Positions 54,622-64,000 of a DNA stretch of 64,000 nt are shown piece by piece. Position 1 is the first letter of the stretch. Each line of letters starts with the position of its first letter. The notes under the pieces are model-generated. The model saw only the letters and a list, made by a program, of their open reading frames with translations. It searched no databases and was not told the DNA's origin. The stretch is from the NCBI GenBank assembly GCA_043747615.1, contig JAYTOU010000049.1, forward strand, positions 8,418 to 72,417, read 5' to 3'. The position numbers were made by a program, and so were the translations under genes. This DNA is from Myxococcales bacterium (GTDB lineage: Bacteria; Myxococcota_A; Polyangia; Polyangiales; Polyangiaceae).

Positions 54622-55980
54622 TTACGCTGCCTTGCGGTCTTTGCGTTTCGCCCTGGAAAACAAGGTAATCGCGAACGACGCGAGGAGGGTGCCCATGAAG
54701 AGATCGTCGTCGGTCTTGTGGCCCGAGCTGTTGCAGCCGTCGCCGCCACCACCGGCCGACAGACCACCTCGGTTCGGATCGCACGGCGGGTACGTCGGGC
54801 ACACCGTCTCGTCGACCGGCAGGGTCGCGCGCCGCGTTCTGTCCAGCGGATCTTGGACGGGCGAAGCCTGCAGAACGAGATCATCGACGAGCGAGGCGTG
54901 CGCAAGATCGGCGCGTAGGCGCGTGACGCGCGCGGTCGTTCCATGGAGGTCGGCAAAAAGCGTCGCGAGGTCCGCGTCGCGCACGTGGTCCGCGCTCTCG
55001 GCCATGCCAGCGTCGGGCGCTCCGTCTCCGCCCTCGACCGCGAGGTAGTCGCCGTTCGTAGCTTCCGCGCGGATCCGGTTAGAGAATGACACGGTATACA
55101 GATCGCTCGACGACTCGACCTCCCAGCCGCGCCCGTTGAGAGCCGCCTCTTTCGCGGCACGGAGGCTCTTGAAGTTGCTCGACCGGGTCGCGAAATCCCA
55201 GACCAGCTCGCTCGCGTCGATCTGGAAGAAGGGGAAGTTTTGCGGCTCGTAGCGCCCTTCGGCCACGACCCAGAGCGTGAGACCGACCGTCGGCCCCGTC
55301 CCCGCCGCAACCATCCGAAGCGGAAGGACGGGAGCTGCGCCCGCGGTGGTCACGCGCACCGGGCGCATGGATTGAACCTGTGCGCCGGGCACGAGCTTCA
55401 TGGCCAGAAAATCGAAATGGTCGGCGACGTATTGGCTAATGATCGGTTGCACGGCCGCGGGGACGACGAAGTTGTGCGCGGCGAGCCACGCGTTGAGCGC
55501 GTTCGGATCCGTCGAGTGGAGCTGCACGGTCTCGTACGGTCCGACCACTTCGGATTTCGTCACCGTCACCGGCGGCTCGCCCGCCGACGCGTCGGAGGAC
55601 GACGACTTGGCCGCTCCGTCCACGGAGCCCTCGGAATCCCCGCAGTAGGGCTCACTGGGGCAATTCTTCCGCGGCGGCGCGATCACCTGCGTCTGCGTCT
55701 GCTGATCGAGCGTGGCGAAGATGAGGTCCGAGCTCAGACCCACCCTCGCCACGCCCGAGATCGGAAGCACCCAGGCGAATGACGCCGGCGAGCCTGCGTA
55801 CCTGATCTGATCGTAGAGCGTCGTTTGTTGGGGCGAGATCGAGAGAATCATCCGGTGATCGGTGACCACCGAATCACTCTCCGTCGTGGTGAAGCAGCCT
55901 CCGCACGCGCGTGCGGAATGCTCCGTCAGAGCCAGCGCGCAGACGCTGGCGGCGAGGCCAAGCAAGAAAGACGGTCGCAT
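54622..55980 (-). CDS. DUF2330-family exported protein with MYXO-CTERM-like tail (paralog 2)
   Basis: ARACGGCF; QI.Y.G.P.SFAWVLP; VGPYE; WL; LPLRM; GC, TM, basic tail. Confidence 0.85.
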   Translation of the reverse strand: MRPSFLLGLAASVCALALTEHSARACGGCFTTTESDSVVTDHRMILSISPQQTTLYDQIRYAGSPASFAWVLPISGVARVGLSSDLIFATLDQQTQTQVIAPPRKNCPSEPYCGDSEGSVDGAAKSSSSDASAGEPPVTVTKSEVVGPYETVQLHSTDPNALNAWLAAHNFVVPAAVQPIISQYVADHFDFLAMKLVPGAQVQSMRPVRVTTAGAAPVLPLRMVAAGTGPTVGLTLWVVAEGRYEPQNFPFFQIDASELVWDFATRSSNFKSLRAAKEAALNGRGWEVESSSDLYTVSFSNRIRAEATNGDYLAVEGGDGAPDAGMAESADHVRDADLATLFADLHGTTARVTRLRADLAHASLVDDLVLQASPVQDPLDRTRRATLPVDETVCPTYPPCDPNRGGLSAGGGGDGCNSSGHKTDDDLFMGTLLASFAITLFSRAKRKDRKAA

Positions 55981-55986
55981 GGAAGC

Positions 55987-57405
55987 TCAGCGGTGAGTGC
56001 GTCGACGCGAACGAAGGATCGCCATGCCGAAGAAACCGCTGAGCGCGAAGAGCGTCAGGCCGTCGGGGAGCACGGAGCGGCTCGCGGCGCTGCACGCGAA
56101 GCTCTCCAGGTGCCTGCCGTTGTTCATCGCCGTCGCGGCCATGGCTTGGTCGCGCGGCATCGTCCCCACTTGTGCGCAGCCGTCGTAGACGGGGCAATTC
56201 GGCTGCCCGGCTTCCTTGGTGACGTTGCGCACGCTCGCGAGGACCGACTGATCCTGCGAAGCTTGGAGCACGAGATCGTCCCCCAATGCGGCGTGGGCGA
56301 GATCCGAGCGCACGCGCGTAAAGCGAGCTTCAGGGGTCTGGATTCCCGCGAAGAGAGCGGCCATGTCCTCGTCACGCACTTGATCTGCCGTCTTGGTGAC
56401 GACACCGTTCACGTCGGTGATCGGTGCGTAGTCGTCTGCGGCGGTCGTGGGAGCGCCGCGGAAGCCGCCTCCTCCGTAGTAGCCGCCCTGCTTGACGTAC
56501 TGCGTGAACTGCGAGGCGAGCTGCGCGGTCGAGCTCTCGACCTCCCAACCCTTTCCACCGAGGGCCACTTCTTTGTCCTGACGGAGCTGCTTGAAGTTGC
56601 TCGAGCTCGTCGCCCAGTTCCACACGAGGTCACTGTCGCCAATGTGAAATGAAGGGAAATTTTGCGGCTCGTAGCGCCCCTCGGCCACCACCCACAAGGT
56701 GATGCCGACGACGGCGCCCGTCCCCGCCGTCACCATCCGCAGCGGAAGAACCGGAGCCGCACCGGAGGTCGAGATCCGCACCGGACGCATCGACTTCACC
56801 GAGCTCCCAGGGGCCAGCTTCATCGCCAAGAAATCGAAGTGAGCGTTGACGTAGGCCGTGATGATCGGCGCGACGTCCGCCGGGATCGCGTAGCCGTGCG
56901 ACGTCAGCCAATCGTTGAGAGCGGCTCCGCTGGTCGAGTGAAGCTGGACCGTCTCGTACGGACCTACGACTTCGCTCTTGGTGACCGCCACGCCGCCAGC
57001 GTCCTGCAAATCGCTCGCGCCGCCAAAGGATGAGCTTGGGCTGTTCCGCGAACAGTCGCCGGAGGGCGCCGGGCAGTTGAGCGGCGGCTGGATGACTTGA
57101 GATTCGGTGAGCCCGTCGAGGGTCGCGAAGACCACGTCTGCGCTCAGCCCAACCGTGGCCGTTCCGGCAATCGGCAGCACCCAGGCGAACGACGAGGGCG
57201 AGCCGGTGTAGTGAATCTGATCGTAGAGCGTCGTCTGCTGCGGCGACACGGAGAGAATCATGCGGTGGTCGGTGACCACTGAATTGCTCTCCGGCGGAGC
57301 GAAACATCCGCCACACGCGGAGGCGTCTTTCTCGCCAGAGGCAACGATCCCGAGCGCTGCGAGAAGCCCACTGAGCACAACTTTCGACTGCCGGAGGTTT
57401 TTCAT
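55987..57405 (-). CDS. DUF2330-family exported protein with MYXO-CTERM-like tail (paralog 1)
   Basis: ASACGGCF and the same core motifs; AC, TM, RRR tail. Confidence 0.85.
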   Translation of the reverse strand: MKNLRQSKVVLSGLLAALGIVASGEKDASACGGCFAPPESNSVVTDHRMILSVSPQQTTLYDQIHYTGSPSSFAWVLPIAGTATVGLSADVVFATLDGLTESQVIQPPLNCPAPSGDCSRNSPSSSFGGASDLQDAGGVAVTKSEVVGPYETVQLHSTSGAALNDWLTSHGYAIPADVAPIITAYVNAHFDFLAMKLAPGSSVKSMRPVRISTSGAAPVLPLRMVTAGTGAVVGITLWVVAEGRYEPQNFPSFHIGDSDLVWNWATSSSNFKQLRQDKEVALGGKGWEVESSTAQLASQFTQYVKQGGYYGGGGFRGAPTTAADDYAPITDVNGVVTKTADQVRDEDMAALFAGIQTPEARFTRVRSDLAHAALGDDLVLQASQDQSVLASVRNVTKEAGQPNCPVYDGCAQVGTMPRDQAMAATAMNNGRHLESFACSAASRSVLPDGLTLFALSGFFGMAILRSRRRTHR

Positions 57406-57420
57406 TCTACCTGCAACTGC

Positions 57421-57436
57421 TGCAGGGTGTGTTCCA
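57421..57436 (-). promoter_or_regulatory. Possible sigma-54 promoter for the DUF2330 pair
   Basis: Minus strand TGGAACA-CACC-CTGCA (GG-N10-GC). Confidence 0.45.
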
Positions 57437-57631
57437 TGGCCCCCGGAGGTCTCATCTGTTTGAAAGTACATGCAGTTTCACAACGTCGAACAGCAACGAC
57501 CACGGCACCGAACGCGCGCACGGCACAGGGCGGCACACTGCGCCGGGGTAGCTGAGCGGTTGAATACCCGTTTTTATTTGAGTTTAGGTTGGGGAATGGA
57601 TACTCAGGGCGCCTCTGGAGACGAACATAAA

Positions 57632-57934
57632 ATGCGAACTCTCAAGCTTCTCGTTCTTGCCCCGTTTGCTTTCGCTGTCGCCTGCGGCGGCGACAAGCCC
57701 ACTCCCCCGGTCGTTCCCCCCATGGGCGGCGATGTAGATTCCGGATCGTCGACGACGATGGACACCATGGCGATGGACTCGGGATCCTCGGCCACCACCA
57801 CGACGACCACCACGACGACCACCACGGCGACCGGCGCCGCCCCGGCCATGGCCGATGCAGGCTCCTCGATGGCGTCGGCTACGGCAGACGCGGGCACGAA
57901 GAAGGGCACGAAGAAGCCCGCTTCGAAGAAGTAA
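57632..57934 (+). CDS. Small low-complexity lipoprotein (Thr/Ser/Met-rich, Lys tail)
   Basis: GGAG RBS; MRTLKLLVLAPFAFAVAC lipobox; poly-Thr. Confidence 0.8.
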   Translation: MRTLKLLVLAPFAFAVACGGDKPTPPVVPPMGGDVDSGSSTTMDTMAMDSGSSATTTTTTTTTTTATGAAPAMADAGSSMASATADAGTKKGTKKPASKK

Positions 57935-57997
57935 TTTCGAGCCGCCTTGCTCGAGCCGTAACGCCGCTGCAAGGCGGACAATCATTTTCGAGACGTC

Positions 57998-59410
57998 TCA
58001 CGCGGCGTATGCGTCTTCGGACGTGTGCGTCGCGCTGCTTTTTTGTGGTCCGCGAAACGCTGCGGCGACGAGAAGGCACAGCACGGGGGTCGTGACCACG
58101 TGGTAGCGATCCTCGCCGAAGAAGACGGCGTGGGTAACGACCGTCGTCGCGAGTAGCGAGATCGGGAGGAGCAGCGCCGGATTCCACGGCGGGCGGCCCG
58201 GCAGCGGCAACCACGGAAGGATCGCGACGAACAGAACGAGCGGCCAGAACGTCGGCGTACCAGACGCCCAGGCGACGTACACGAGGAGCGCCGCCACCGC
58301 GGTGACGATCCCTTGAGAAACGGCGTTCGCGTGTCGCCGTCGGAGGCCGAGGGCTAGGCATCCAAACACCGCTGCTGCCACGATCACGCGGTGAAAGAAG
58401 GTCAAAACCTCACGCGCCGCGACGCGCCGTGGCTCCGGCCACATGCTCGGTCTGGCTTCGCGCAGGTACTCGATCGGAAACGATTCGTGATCGAACGTGT
58501 ACGAGAGCTTCGCCGGAACGAGACGAAGCCAGTGGGCGGGGTGGGCTTCGATCTCGCTGATGCCATACGCGAGCCAGCAGCGATCTTGCTGCACCTGCCC
58601 GGTGACCTCGCGGCAACCATCGGAGGAGTGAAGCGTCTCGAAGCGGCCGGTGGCCCGAGGAAATGCTCCGATGGCGAGGTTCCATCCGGCGTTCGTGCTG
58701 ACGAGTGCGCAGCCGTCCATCCTCATGCAGTTGCGCGCTGTCCAGGGCAGAACGGGGAGGATGGCGAGGGCGCTCGCGAGGATCGCGCCGGTGAAGAATT
58801 GACGCGCCGACTTCGCGCCGATCATGCCTAGGAAGGGCGCACACAGAAGGGCCTGGGGGCGGACGAGAGCGGCGAGCCCGAGCATCACCGCGCCGAGCGC
58901 GACTCCACGTGCGGGGCGTGCATCTCGGACGGCGACGTAGAACGCGGCGAGCGTCAGTAGGCAGGCGAGAGGCTCGCTCATGACGAGCGCTGCGTAGACG
59001 ATGAGCCCGGGATGGAAGGCCACCAACATCCCGGCGGCGAGCGCGCGCTTGGTCGACAGTCCGTGCCGCGCGAGGAGCCAGGTGACGACGGCGAGGAGCG
59101 CACCCACGCTGGCGTTCACGACCGCCGCCACCCGCGGCCCACTCCCGAATACCCAGTAAAAGAAGCCTAAAAACGCGCTATAGCCAACGGGATAGTGGCA
59201 CCACGGATGCCACGCGAGCTGCCCCGCGACACTCAGGTCATCGGAGTATCCGAAGCCCTCTGCGATGCGACGTGCACCGAAATCGTAGTAGTGACCGTCC
59301 CACACCGGTTCACCGGCCCAGACCAGGGCGACATACAAGCGCGGCAGAAGCGCGACCAAAAAAAGAAGAGCACCGACTGCCGGGAGTGGCAGCCGCGGGC
59401 GCGAGATCAC
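57998..59410 (-). CDS. ArnT/PMT-like GT-C glycosyltransferase
   Basis: WDG.YY...A..IA.G.GY, YP.GY..FL, MSEP, LVRP, PWTARN, EDRY. Confidence 0.8.
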   Translation of the reverse strand: MISRPRLPLPAVGALLFLVALLPRLYVALVWAGEPVWDGHYYDFGARRIAEGFGYSDDLSVAGQLAWHPWCHYPVGYSAFLGFFYWVFGSGPRVAAVVNASVGALLAVVTWLLARHGLSTKRALAAGMLVAFHPGLIVYAALVMSEPLACLLTLAAFYVAVRDARPARGVALGAVMLGLAALVRPQALLCAPFLGMIGAKSARQFFTGAILASALAILPVLPWTARNCMRMDGCALVSTNAGWNLAIGAFPRATGRFETLHSSDGCREVTGQVQQDRCWLAYGISEIEAHPAHWLRLVPAKLSYTFDHESFPIEYLREARPSMWPEPRRVAAREVLTFFHRVIVAAAVFGCLALGLRRRHANAVSQGIVTAVAALLVYVAWASGTPTFWPLVLFVAILPWLPLPGRPPWNPALLLPISLLATTVVTHAVFFGEDRYHVVTTPVLCLLVAAAFRGPQKSSATHTSEDAYAA

Positions 59411-60984
59411 GTCAGCCCCTTACCACTCGCTGCCAGCCCCTCACGCATGCGTCGAAGGAATGTCTTCTGAACCTGCGCGGGATCGAGCTTCAGGTATTTT
59501 GCGAGCTCGTTCACGAAGCCGCGCACGTAGACGATGGCCGGGAGCCCGTCGAAAGCCTCTTCTTCGATGGCCAGCAAATGGGCGCGCGCGATCTTCGTCC
59601 GCTGGCTGATCTCGGCGAGCTCCACGCCTTGCGACTCGCGCACCGTGCGAAGGAGAGCCCCCGTGAACTCCGTATCCGGCCCGATTTCCCGCGCCAGATC
59701 GCTCTGGAGCATGAGCTGCTCGGCGGCGAGGGCGGGCTTCGCGGCGCGCGCAGAAAACGCTTCGGACGCGTCGGTCTCGGGAAAGCTCGATAGATCGTAG
59801 GCGCGTCGACGCACCGGATCGAGCAGCGTGTCGTACGCCTCGTCGAGCCGCGCTTGCTCTGTCTTCAGCTGGGTTTCAGTGAGGAGGGACGCAGTTGCCA
59901 GGCCTCCCGCGGCATAAATTTCTCGCTGCCTTTTGTACGCGCGACGGATCTCTTCGTCGTTCGAGGAGCGTGAGATCCCAAGCGCAGCGTAGAGCGTGGG
60001 CACCTCGGCGGGGAACGGAGGGAGTCCCGTCCGCTCCGCGCGCTCCGAGAGCAGAGCCTGCACGCGACGGGCGATGCGCTCGAGATTTCGCGCGGCCTTA
60101 CTGGTCGGACTGTCGACGAGAAGCGGCTTGTTTCGCCGCACGCTGACCCACACGGTGTCGTCGTGCTCGATGTGTCCGAGCTCGTCGAGAGGCACCCCGT
60201 AGTGACGCGCGCAGAGTCCGCTCATCCAGGTCCCGAGCTCGAGATCATTGCGTACCCGGGTCTGGTTCACCACCAGTTGCAAGTTCAGGCGGTGCGCTTC
60301 GCTCCAGGCGAGATCGGCGAGGGTGCGATCCATTTTCGCGAGGGTGCGCACGAGCTCGATCGGCGCGGGAAGAATTCCGATCTGCTTGATCGCCCGCTCG
60401 AGAAGCCCGAGACGAAAGCGATCGCGAATGAGCGCGCGCCGAAGGCGACGGCGGAAGGCTGCGCGAATGAAGCGGTACGTGGTTTCGATCGCCGGTGGCT
60501 CGGGAACGGTGACCGCGATGGCGATGTCTGCTGCGAGCATCAGATCAAGCGCAAAATGGCCGTGTCCGGGACCCGCGTCGATCACCAGATAATCGGCCGG
60601 GAGCGCACGCAGGCGAGCGAGCCATCGGGCTTTTCGCCCCGCCCGAAAGAGGAACGAGACGTCCGTCGAATCGTGCGCCGCCGGAAGAAGCTTGAGCCCG
60701 GGCACACTGGTTGGCACGAGCGAGTCGACGAAGAGGGCTTCTGCACTGGCTTCGAGCGAGGGATCGTGGGTCGCGGCGCCGAGACCGAAATGGCAATGGA
60801 GGTTCGCGCCCGTGGGATCGGCGTCGACGAGGACCACGGCTTTTCCGAGCTGCGCGAGATAGATCGCCAGGTTCTGCGCGACGAGGCTCTTTCCCACCCC
60901 ACCGCGACCGCCACCCACCACGATCAAGCGGTGGACGCTGCGCATCGAGGGCGGCGCTTCGACTCGCTCGGCCGGCTCGTCCAT
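59407..60984 (-). CDS. MinD/FlhG-type ATPase fused to J-like and RodZ-type HTH domains
   Basis: GGRGGVGKS, VDAD..G.NLH, IDAGPG, VVNQ; LYAALGI...S..EEIRRAYKR, L.EAY.TL.DP..R..YD; G..LR..RE..G..L.EI...TKI...L.AIE, YVRGF. Confidence 0.88.
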   Translation of the reverse strand: MDEPAERVEAPPSMRSVHRLIVVGGGRGGVGKSLVAQNLAIYLAQLGKAVVLVDADPTGANLHCHFGLGAATHDPSLEASAEALFVDSLVPTSVPGLKLLPAAHDSTDVSFLFRAGRKARWLARLRALPADYLVIDAGPGHGHFALDLMLAADIAIAVTVPEPPAIETTYRFIRAAFRRRLRRALIRDRFRLGLLERAIKQIGILPAPIELVRTLAKMDRTLADLAWSEAHRLNLQLVVNQTRVRNDLELGTWMSGLCARHYGVPLDELGHIEHDDTVWVSVRRNKPLLVDSPTSKAARNLERIARRVQALLSERAERTGLPPFPAEVPTLYAALGISRSSNDEEIRRAYKRQREIYAAGGLATASLLTETQLKTEQARLDEAYDTLLDPVRRRAYDLSSFPETDASEAFSARAAKPALAAEQLMLQSDLAREIGPDTEFTGALLRTVRESQGVELAEISQRTKIARAHLLAIEEEAFDGLPAIVYVRGFVNELAKYLKLDPAQVQKTFLRRMREGLAASGKGLT

Positions 60985-61787
60985 CAGGAGGTGAGCTCTG
61001 GCTGCTGCTTCTGGCGCGCGCGACGAAGGAGCCCGAAGATGCGCGCGCCGAGCTCCGGGGCCCGAAACGGTTTGGTGACGTAGTCGTCCGCGCCGGAGGC
61101 AAAGGCGTCCACGATGTCTTTCTGCGACGCGTTGCCGGTGAGAAAGAGCACCGGAACGTTCAGCAGATTTCGCTCGTGACGGATCAGTCTGCAGAGCTCG
61201 ATTCCAGACATTCCGGGGAGAATCCAGTCCAAGACGACGAGGTCGAACTTCTCGGCGTGCACCCGATCGAGAGCCTGCTCCGCCGTTCCGACCGCCTCGA
61301 CGCGCAAGCCGACCGCGTCGAGCATCGCCGCCACCACGTCGCGGATCCCCGCGTCGTCGTCGACCAGAAGCACCCGATCCTGACTCATCGGTAGCGACGA
61401 ACGAAGGGTCGGATCGGGATCATCCATTCCGAAAGGATCCCGGGAGAGGGGCCCCGACTCGGTAAGGAGGGCCTCGGATGAGGCGTCGGAAGGAGCGGCG
61501 GCTTCGATGTGAGCGCTCGAGTGATCGTGGGCGAACGCGCGCAGCCGCTCCCAGTCGCGACGCTCGAAAGCGAGAACGAACGTTCCGAGCCCGCGGTTGA
61601 TCCCACGCGCGGCGGCCGCGGTTGCCCGGCGGCCCGTTGCCATCTCGAAGATCGCAAGGACCCACTCCCCGTCCACGACCTTCTCGGTCGCCGGCAGGTT
61701 GAGCTCTTGATCATCCCTTGCGAGCGCCCGGTTGAAGGACTGCAGGTCTGCGAATTGGTAGACGATGCTGCGCACGTACGCGGGCAA
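60984..61787 (-). CDS. Response regulator with N-terminal PilZ-like domain
   Basis: C-terminal VLLVDDD, VVLDWILP, FLTG, GADDYVTKPF; N-terminal beta-barrel-like GEWV..IF...A.A.G....LAF. Confidence 0.8.
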   Translation of the reverse strand: MPAYVRSIVYQFADLQSFNRALARDDQELNLPATEKVVDGEWVLAIFEMATGRRATAAAARGINRGLGTFVLAFERRDWERLRAFAHDHSSAHIEAAAPSDASSEALLTESGPLSRDPFGMDDPDPTLRSSLPMSQDRVLLVDDDAGIRDVVAAMLDAVGLRVEAVGTAEQALDRVHAEKFDLVVLDWILPGMSGIELCRLIRHERNLLNVPVLFLTGNASQKDIVDAFASGADDYVTKPFRAPELGARIFGLLRRARQKQQPELTS

Positions 61788-61889
61788 CTTAGCGTGCCTA
61801 TCCGATCGTGCAAAGCGGCCCGTTCGCAGACCGAAAGCGAAATCCAGGCGCAGGCGGAGAAAGTTATAAGGTAAGCTCCCCGCCTTCTC

Positions 61890-62870
61890 ATGCTTGGCGC
61901 AAATCTAACTACCTCCCTCCGAGTTTTGGCCGTGGCTCTTACTGGGGCCGGGTCCCTCCTGGGGTCGACCTGCCATGGGCAGTCGAACGGTTCGGACGTC
62001 TCGAAAGACGCGGTTCCGGCCAGCGAGGTGAGCATCGCCGGCGTCGACACGAGCGCCCTCACCCCTCGCGAACGGACCGAATGGTCGACCTACGTGAGCG
62101 AGCTCTTGGCTCCGTGTTCAGACACGCCCGTGCCCATCGCGCAGTGCGTGAACGAGAAGCGGTCCTGCGCCAAGTGCCTGCCGGCCGCCAAGTACGTGCT
62201 GAAGGGCGTTCGCGATGGGATGTCACGCGAGCAGATCGAGAAGAGCTTTCACAGCCGCTTCGACGCCGACAAAATCAAGAGCGTCGCGATCGACGGCTCA
62301 CCCTCACGCGGCCCGGAATCAGCGCCCATCACCATCATCGAGTTCGCCGATTTCGAGTGCCCGTTCTGCGCGATGATTGCCCCCATCCTCGACAAGACGT
62401 GGAGCGACAAGAAGACGCAAATCCGCTTCGTGTACAAGTTCTTGCCGCTCTCCGGGCATCCTCACGGAGACATCGCCGCACGCGCCGGCTTTGCCGCTTG
62501 GCAGCAGGGCAAATTCTGGGAGATGAACCACGCGATGTTCGCAAACCGCGAGCACCTCGAGCAGAGCGATCTCGAGGGGTACGCGAAGGACCTCGCGCTC
62601 GACCTCGCCAAGTTCAAAAGCGACATGCAGTCCCAGGCAGCAACCGATCGCATCACTCAGGATCGCAAGCTCGCCGACAGCCTCGAGGTCAAAGGCACTC
62701 CGTCGATCTACATCAACGGCCGCGACTACGACGTCCATCAGGACCTGAACGACTGGGTCAACCTCGAGCTCTCTTCCGCTCCTGCCGAGCAGCCCACCAA
62801 GGCCGTCGCGGCCGCGCCCGACGCCGGAAAAGCATCGGCTCCACGCACCGTCAAAGACGCGAGCAAATAA
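61890..62870 (+). CDS. DsbA/thioredoxin-fold oxidoreductase, exported
   Basis: G...APITIIEF.DFECPFC, AA..QGKFWEM, GTP..YING. Confidence 0.92.
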   Translation: MLGANLTTSLRVLAVALTGAGSLLGSTCHGQSNGSDVSKDAVPASEVSIAGVDTSALTPRERTEWSTYVSELLAPCSDTPVPIAQCVNEKRSCAKCLPAAKYVLKGVRDGMSREQIEKSFHSRFDADKIKSVAIDGSPSRGPESAPITIIEFADFECPFCAMIAPILDKTWSDKKTQIRFVYKFLPLSGHPHGDIAARAGFAAWQQGKFWEMNHAMFANREHLEQSDLEGYAKDLALDLAKFKSDMQSQAATDRITQDRKLADSLEVKGTPSIYINGRDYDVHQDLNDWVNLELSSAPAEQPTKAVAAAPDAGKASAPRTVKDASK

Positions 62871-62874
62871 GGTC

Positions 62875-63615
62875 ATGCGAGCGGTCGTCGATGGCTGCGG
62901 TTGCTTTCCGACCGGACGTCATTACGCGGGGATCGCGCACCTCCTGCGCGCTATCGTTCGCGGCCTCGCCGAAGAATTTGCTAGCGACTCGATGTGGAAC
63001 GACGTGCCCGTTGCCCTCATCGACGTGGAAACGACCGGCCGTGACGCCTCGGTGGATCGCGTCATCGAGGTGGGGATCGCGGTCGGACGCGGCGGCGCGG
63101 TCATCGCCCGCTACAACTGGCTGATTCATCCCGGCATCGCCATCCCCGACGAGTCCAAGGCCGTTCATGGGATCAGCGACGACGACGTCAAAGACTCTCC
63201 CAGCTTCGCGGTCATCGCCCACGAGATCGCCGCTGCCCTCCAGGGATGCGTCCCTGCCGCCTACAACGCCGCGTTCGATCGCGCGTTTCTTGCCAACGAA
63301 TTTGGGCGTGCCGGGCCCCGTGAAGGCAATCTCCCCCCCGCGCTTCGCCGCGACGTGGACTGGATCGATCCCCTGGTGTGGGCGCGAGAAATTCAGCGCG
63401 AAGAGAAATCCAAGACCCTGTCCGAGGTCGCTAGCCGCCTCGGGGTGGCGCTCGAAAACGCCCACCGGGCAAGCGACGACGCGGAGGCCGCGCTCCTCGT
63501 CATCTACAGCTTAGCCGCTGACCCCCGCATTCCAAAAGCGTACGGAGCACTGATTCAGGAACAGAAACGGCTGGGTCTGCTCCAGCAAGACGAACGGCGC
63601 TTCTGGAAGTCCTGA
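62875..63615 (+). CDS. DEDDh 3'-5' exonuclease (DnaQ-like)
   Basis: IDVETTG, VHGI.D, AYNAAFD, HRA.DDA. Confidence 0.9.
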   Translation: MRAVVDGCGCFPTGRHYAGIAHLLRAIVRGLAEEFASDSMWNDVPVALIDVETTGRDASVDRVIEVGIAVGRGGAVIARYNWLIHPGIAIPDESKAVHGISDDDVKDSPSFAVIAHEIAAALQGCVPAAYNAAFDRAFLANEFGRAGPREGNLPPALRRDVDWIDPLVWAREIQREEKSKTLSEVASRLGVALENAHRASDDAEAALLVIYSLAADPRIPKAYGALIQEQKRLGLLQQDERRFWKS

Positions 63616-63662
63616 GCCGGACACCCTACTACTGATCTATTAATTGCGTTGAGGAGGCACTC

Positions 63663-64000
63663 GTGAGCGACAAGGCTGAAATCAGGCTGGATGACACGGT
63701 AAAGCTCGAGTGTCCCATCGTGGTCGGGACTGAGAACGAGCGAGCGATCGACATCGCGCAGCTGAGGGCAAAGACGGGCCTCGTCACGCTCGACCCTGCG
63801 TTCATGAATACCGCGTCGACGAAGAGCGCGATCACCTACCTCGACGGCGAGGCGGGGATCCTGCGCTACCGTGGCATCGGTATCGAGGAGCTCGCCGAGA
63901 AATCCACCTTCGTGGAGACCTCGTTCCTCCTCATCTATGGGCACCTCCCGAACGCGGACGAGCTCAACAAATTCTCCACGCTCCTCACGAGGCACTCCCT
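63663..64000 (+). CDS. gltA: Citrate synthase, 5' part (runs off the window; not in the ORF track)
   Basis: GAGGAGG RBS; translation gives TLDPAFMNTASTKSAITYLDGEAGILRYRG. Confidence 0.93.
   Translation, partial: MSDKAEIRLDDTVKLECPIVVGTENERAIDIAQLRAKTGLVTLDPAFMNTASTKSAITYLDGEAGILRYRGIGIEELAEKSTFVETSFLLIYGHLPNADELNKFSTLLTRHS

Noticed and set aside
57790..57830. ACC/ACG triplet run as a phase-variable microsatellite
   Set aside because: Mixed synonymous codons of an in-frame poly-Thr tract

Overview
GC-rich, densely coding bacterial chromosome segment. Gene content points to Myxococcota, most like Polyangiales: Ser/Thr kinase, giant TPR protein, AgmX/PglI-type TonB-C domain, DUF2330 proteins with MYXO-CTERM-like tails, DUF4398/OmpA pair and several sigma-54 promoters. 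About 54 CDS are supportable. Housekeeping genes include proB, cdd, a purine nucleoside phosphorylase, mscL, coaD, a thiolase/3-hydroxyacyl-CoA dehydrogenase pair, ruvA, msrA and a partial gltA, alongside many exported lipoproteins. I saw no tRNA, rRNA, CRISPR array, transposase or prophage gene. Best candidates for undescribed systems: (1) a three-gene cluster at 36325-42780, behind a sigma-54-type promoter, encoding two hydrazine-synthase-alpha-like heme lipoproteins flanking an exported HEAT protein; one has three repeated cytochrome modules with non-canonical Cx8CH/Cx4CH motifs, and no HzsB/C partner is in the window; (2) a co-oriented cluster at 10446-19258 with a giant TPR/pseudo-M48 protein, a His-less HPt-like/HhH protein, a pentapeptide-repeat-bactofilin fusion and a bactofilin; (3) a PilZ-like/REC, MinD-J-HTH, GT-C operon; (4) a structured 170-nt intergenic element with paired ends. 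All domain calls are by-eye motif recognition, not database searches.
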